Shown here: positions 8,208 through 12,047 of the stretch, piece after piece
How positions within the stretch are numbered: position 1 is the first letter of the stretch
Layout of the letters: each line of letters starts with the position of its first letter
NCBI RefSeq assembly: GCF_006345805.1
Contig: NW_021826749.1
Coordinates: 1 to 12,047, forward strand
Direction of reading: 5' to 3'
Length of the DNA: 12,047 nt
Source of the DNA: Octopus sinensis
Lineage: Eukaryota
Notes under the pieces: generated by a model
Told to the model about the DNA's origin: nothing
Seen by the model: only the letters and a program-made list of their open reading frames with translations
The model's database searches: none
Made by a program: the position numbers and the translations under genes

Positions 8208-8222
8208 ACAAATAAATAACTA
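8157..8222. repeat. (AAAT)n microsatellite
   Basis: Direct reading. Confidence 0.95.
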
Positions 8223-8348
8223 AAAGACTGTTCTGAGAATAATGAGCCCCTTCTCTACACCAAGCCGAAGCAATCTCAGTTATGAATATTTGATGTTTTA
8301 AGTCCAAGAGTGAGGCACGGAAAATGGCGGTTGAACGCATGATCGTCA

Positions 8349-8472
8349 GGTGGTTAGCTAGTTGGTTGGATGGCTGGTTGGCTGGCTGGTTGGTTGGCTG
8401 GTTGGTTGGTTGGTTGGTTGGTTGGTTGGTTGGTTGGCTGGTTGGTTGGTTGTTGAGCTGGTCGGTTGGTTA
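8349..8472. repeat. (GGTT)n/(GGCT)n microsatellite
   Basis: Direct reading. Confidence 0.93.
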
Positions 8473-8692
8473 GTCAACGTGAAACATGAAACATCAGAGC
8501 TGAATGTCTCAAGTGGTTTCTGACTCACGACGACGCCATTTTCGTTGAGCGGGAAACTCTAGTGTGAAAAGGATGAAAAGAACGGAATGGAGAGAAGTGT
8601 TTATAGGTGGGTGGGTGGTGATAATATAATGGGGGTAGACGGGAAAAGATAGAAAGTGCGAAATGCTATAGAGATTTATAAAAGGTTGGAAT

Positions 8693-8719
8693 TATAGATA
8701 AACAGATAGATAGATAGAC

Positions 8720-8800
<81 letters not shown>

Positions 8801-8845
8801 TACACAGGCAGAAATAGATAGATGGATAAATAGATAGTTAGGTAA

Positions 8846-8905
<60 letters not shown>

Positions 8906-8917
8906 ATAAATGACTAA

Positions 8918-8978
<61 letters not shown>

Positions 8979-9022
8979 CAGATGATAGAGAGACAGACAG
9001 TCAGATAGACAAACAGACAGAT
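8693..9022. repeat. (GATA)n/(GACA)n microsatellite
   Basis: Direct reading. Confidence 0.97.
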
Positions 9023-9094
9023 AGGCAAAGAGATGTGTGTATGTGTAATAGTGAGAGTTGTAAATATGGTCGATTAACTGAAAACTGTTAATTA

Positions 9095-9390
9095 CGGGCG
9101 GTAGAGCAATCTTCATAATGGATTCAGCTGATAGCCGGATCCATTCTACACGCAACAGCAGGTGTTCCACATAAATCCACGAGTCAGCAATACTCGGGCA
9201 CTGGGCGCACTCGGGTATGCTCGGCTGACGGCACTTCCGTGCATGTAAAGTTTATCTCGAACAGGCAGCGCCCCTCGGTAGCACTGCCAGACAAGGGATT
9301 TTGGAAGTTATCCATAGGTCCAGGCCCGAAAGTTCTCCGAAAGAGATCGGTTAGTTGATCCTCGTCGACGCCTAGAGTTCATCCGAGAAT
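9095..9390 (-). mobile_element. L1/Tx1-like LINE ORF2 fragment (zf-RVT region), same group as 2335-3069
   Basis: The minus strand reads TLGVDEDQLTDLFRRTFGPGPMDNFQ / SLVWQCYRGALPVRDKLYMHGSAVSRAYP / QCPSIADSWIYVEHLLLRVEWIRLSAESIMKIALPP, aligning with QCPCIRELWDCVEQLLSHVRRIQLFAECIVKIDVPP. Confidence 0.85.
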
Positions 9391-9436
9391 TTCTCATTAT
9401 TTTTCTAATTAATTCCAAAATCGTAATTTCTAAATA

Positions 9437-9643
9437 CGAGGGGTGCTGAAAATTTCCTGGATTTGTGTAAAAGAAAATATAGGAGGATCAGCTAATTATG
9501 ATTTTATTCAACATATTCCTCTCTAAGATTCACACACTTATTGCAGTGGTCCTTCTAAGCCCTGTAAAAGAACTCGGACGGTTGGGTCTTCAACCAACCT
9601 TTTCGTGACACCCTTAAAGCCCGGGACTTTCAGCACCCCCTCG
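9437..9643. mobile_element. Tc1/mariner-type MITE (about 207 bp)
   Basis: About 28-bp imperfect TIRs: CGAGGGGTGCTGAAAATTTCCTGGATTT and AAAGCCCGGGACTTTCAGCACCCCCTCG. TA flanks the left end; TT (mutated TA?) flanks the right. Confidence 0.85.
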
Positions 9644-9863
9644 TTCATGCCCGAGATGATGGGAATCTTGACATCTGTAGCCCTCCCGGATATACCTTTC
9701 CCTTTGAGCCTTCCAAGGTTTGTAACGTATGTACCAGTCAGATATAAAGTACAGGTTATGGAGAGGTGAGGCGTTGCAGAATAACCGATTATGACTTTGG
9801 AAATTATGCTCCATTATGAGCACAACCCATGGACTGAAACAAGCAAAGAGTTAACATTTAAAG

Positions 9864-10009
9864 CAGTCCAGAATAAATTGCAGCCCACAAGACATTCTGG
9901 ATGGCACATCAACAAAAAATTTCATTGGATGTTTTTAATAGAACAGCCCACTTGATGTGGAATCGGGTTTCGTGGGGCCTGCCCCTCGAAAAGTGGTTGC
10001 CCATGCCTG
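9864..10009. mobile_element. Old hAT (Charlie/Buster-like) MITE (about 146 bp)
   Basis: The right end reads CAGGCATGGGCAAC on the minus strand; the decayed left end is CAGTCCAGAATAAATTGCAGCCC. The 8-bp flanks ATTTAAAG (9856-9863) and GTTTAAAG (10010-10017) have a central TA. Confidence 0.6.
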
Positions 10010-10507
10010 GTTTAAAGACTCATTTCGTTGAGATGTCGAGGTAACAGACTCAAGAAAGTCCTAATGGTCTTAGGAAAAATATTATTCTCAACTAAACCTG
10101 AAGAACTAATAAAAATAAAAAAAAAACCATAAAAGATGTAGTCGTAAAATATCAGCTTTATTACGTCTGAAAAGGAAAAAAGTTTTAATTCGAAAATAAT
10201 AAAGCTAGCTCTACATTTCATGTCACTCAGAAATATCGATTTCAGTTGATTTTAGTGCATTTACAAATGAATGCTTTTTAATGAGAACCTTTGTTAGTTT
10301 GAGCTGACAGTCTGTTTCGTATTACAATATTTCAACTATTCTTTATTCCACATTGAATATTTAAATATATATATTTTTTTATCGAGGAACATGTTATTTA
10401 TTAAATCCAATAATTTCATTTTGTTTATTTGATGTTATTTTGCAAAAATATTTATTGTACAATGTTAAAAGTAGTCCAGTATTCATTACTGTGGCACACA
10501 TTATATT

Positions 10508-10541
10508 GACATACATACACGCATGTATATATATATATATA

Positions 10542-10608
<67 letters not shown>

Positions 10609-10609
10609 G

Positions 10610-10665
<56 letters not shown>

Positions 10666-10672
10666 TATATAT
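10508..10672. repeat. Compound (TA)n/(TG)n/(TATG)n microsatellite
   Basis: Direct reading. Confidence 0.96.
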
Positions 10673-10846
10673 AGTGAAAGGATTATTTCTTGACAAATTA
10701 AGAAATTATTTCTTATTTCTTTATTTACTTACTCAGCATTTTAGACCCTTTGATGTAATTCAAAATATTAGAATATTTTACAATTTCCAGCTGACTATTA
10801 CATTAAATATAATAATTGCCATAAAATCATTACACATGTTATACTG

Positions 10847-11082
<236 letters not shown>

Positions 11083-11229
11083 TTGTTGTTGTTTGTTCCT
11101 TCTCGAGCCATGTCTGGCTCAAAAAGTGCCGGTTTCTCAGTTTCATTGGCGTATAGGTTCCCCACCTGGACGGGACGCCGGTCCGTCGCAGGTCAGCTGC
11201 TAGATGCAGAAGGAAGGAGTGAGAGAAGG
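11083..11229 (-). mobile_element. 3' half of a SINE related to family A, with (CAA)n tail
   Basis: The minus strand begins CCTTCTCTCACTCCTTCCTTCTG (cf. 491-512 CTTTCTCTCACTCTTTCTTCTG), continues CTGCGACGGACCGGCGTCCCGTCCAGG, and ends GAGCCAGACATGGCTC (hairpin) GAGAAGGAACAAACAACAACAA. Confidence 0.72.
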
Positions 11230-11639
11230 TAAAGTTTTCTCTGAGGAGTGCTCAGTAACTGTGCGACAGTCCGTCAAGAGAGTTTTTTCTTCTCCGCCCA
11301 CATTAGTAGTTTAGTGGCTTTGTAATATTTAAATTTATTCCAGTTTTCCTGCTTTGTGGTGTGTATTGTGCACACCCTCGCGCGCGCGAAACAAAACTGA
11401 GCTAAGAGAAGGAGTTGGTGAAAGGTTTGGGTAAACCATGCTGAACATTGCTGAACTAAACCAAGCAATAACAACAGCACAAAATAAAATTTAAAAATCT
11501 AATGAGTCGAAGCACCAGACCGTGTAATACTTTATACGACTGTACACTCTATCTAATTACTGGTTATATAGCTGTGTCGAGGTATTTCTTTTCAGTGCTT
11601 ACTGGTTGTTTGGTAATTCGTAATTCGAAGGTATCTTAA

Positions 11640-12000
11640 TTTGTTATGAATAATAGCCACATCGCTCTTAAATCCTGCTTTGCTGTCATAAAAACAGAAA
11701 AAGGATTATTTTCTGTTATGTTCTAGAAAGATTATTTCACCAAAGTTTCTAACAAATTGGATTCTCGTAAATGAAATACAATTGGTCATAGGCCTACTCA
11801 ACTAGGATGGCATGAGACTAAAGAACAACAATAATCACAACAACAACAACAACAATATAACACAAACAAATGTTTTGCTCCTGACAAACCAATAGGAAGT
11901 CGTCTATGTGGTCAATTCACTTGCCAAAAATAGCAGCAAAATCTGTTTTCAATCTCATTTTCTTGTCTGAGAAATAGGAGGGGAATACTGGACAAATAGG
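11640..12000. mobile_element. Highly decayed family D-related fragments
   Basis: 11907-11954 aligns with 4750-4796 (TGTGGT.A.TT.ACTTGC.A.AAATAG.A.C.AAAT...TCAATC). 11783-11855 resembles the right end with a (CAA)n run. Boundaries are vague. Confidence 0.45.
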
Positions 12001-12047
12001 ATTGCAAGCTTAATGTCATATAATATAAATGCATTTAAATATTTGTA

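Noticed and set aside
8152-9028. IYLF/IYLS-repeat ORFs
   Set aside because: Artefacts of (AAAT)n and (GATA)n; only the start of ORF 8838-9170 is LINE-derived.
11378-11389. Palindromic TCGCGCGCGCGA as a regulatory or Z-DNA element
   Set aside because: It is too short, and simple CG runs also occur at about 6393-6402 in microsatellite context.

Overview
This is a repeat-saturated, AT-rich eukaryotic non-coding window (intergenic or intronic) with no intact host protein-coding gene. The SINE, MITE and microsatellite repertoire resembles that of cephalopod (Octopus-like) genomes; this is recognised from memory and unverified. The window holds one young, full-length tRNA-derived SINE with a perfect 15-bp target-site duplication, four copies of a second SINE family, and five decayed fragments of an L1/Tx1-type LINE (ORF2 C-terminus and 3' UTR). 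It also holds an RTE-like LINE fragment, a hAT transposase relic, Tc1/mariner and hAT MITEs, two large palindromes (1491-1978 and 5376-5590) and about 15 microsatellites. Most ORF-track entries are microsatellite artefacts. The most notable pattern is a co-oriented chain of modules [LINE 3' end - AATAAA - (ATC/ATT)n - SINE] across about 760-4700, suggesting an (ATC/ATT)n-associated retroposon system.
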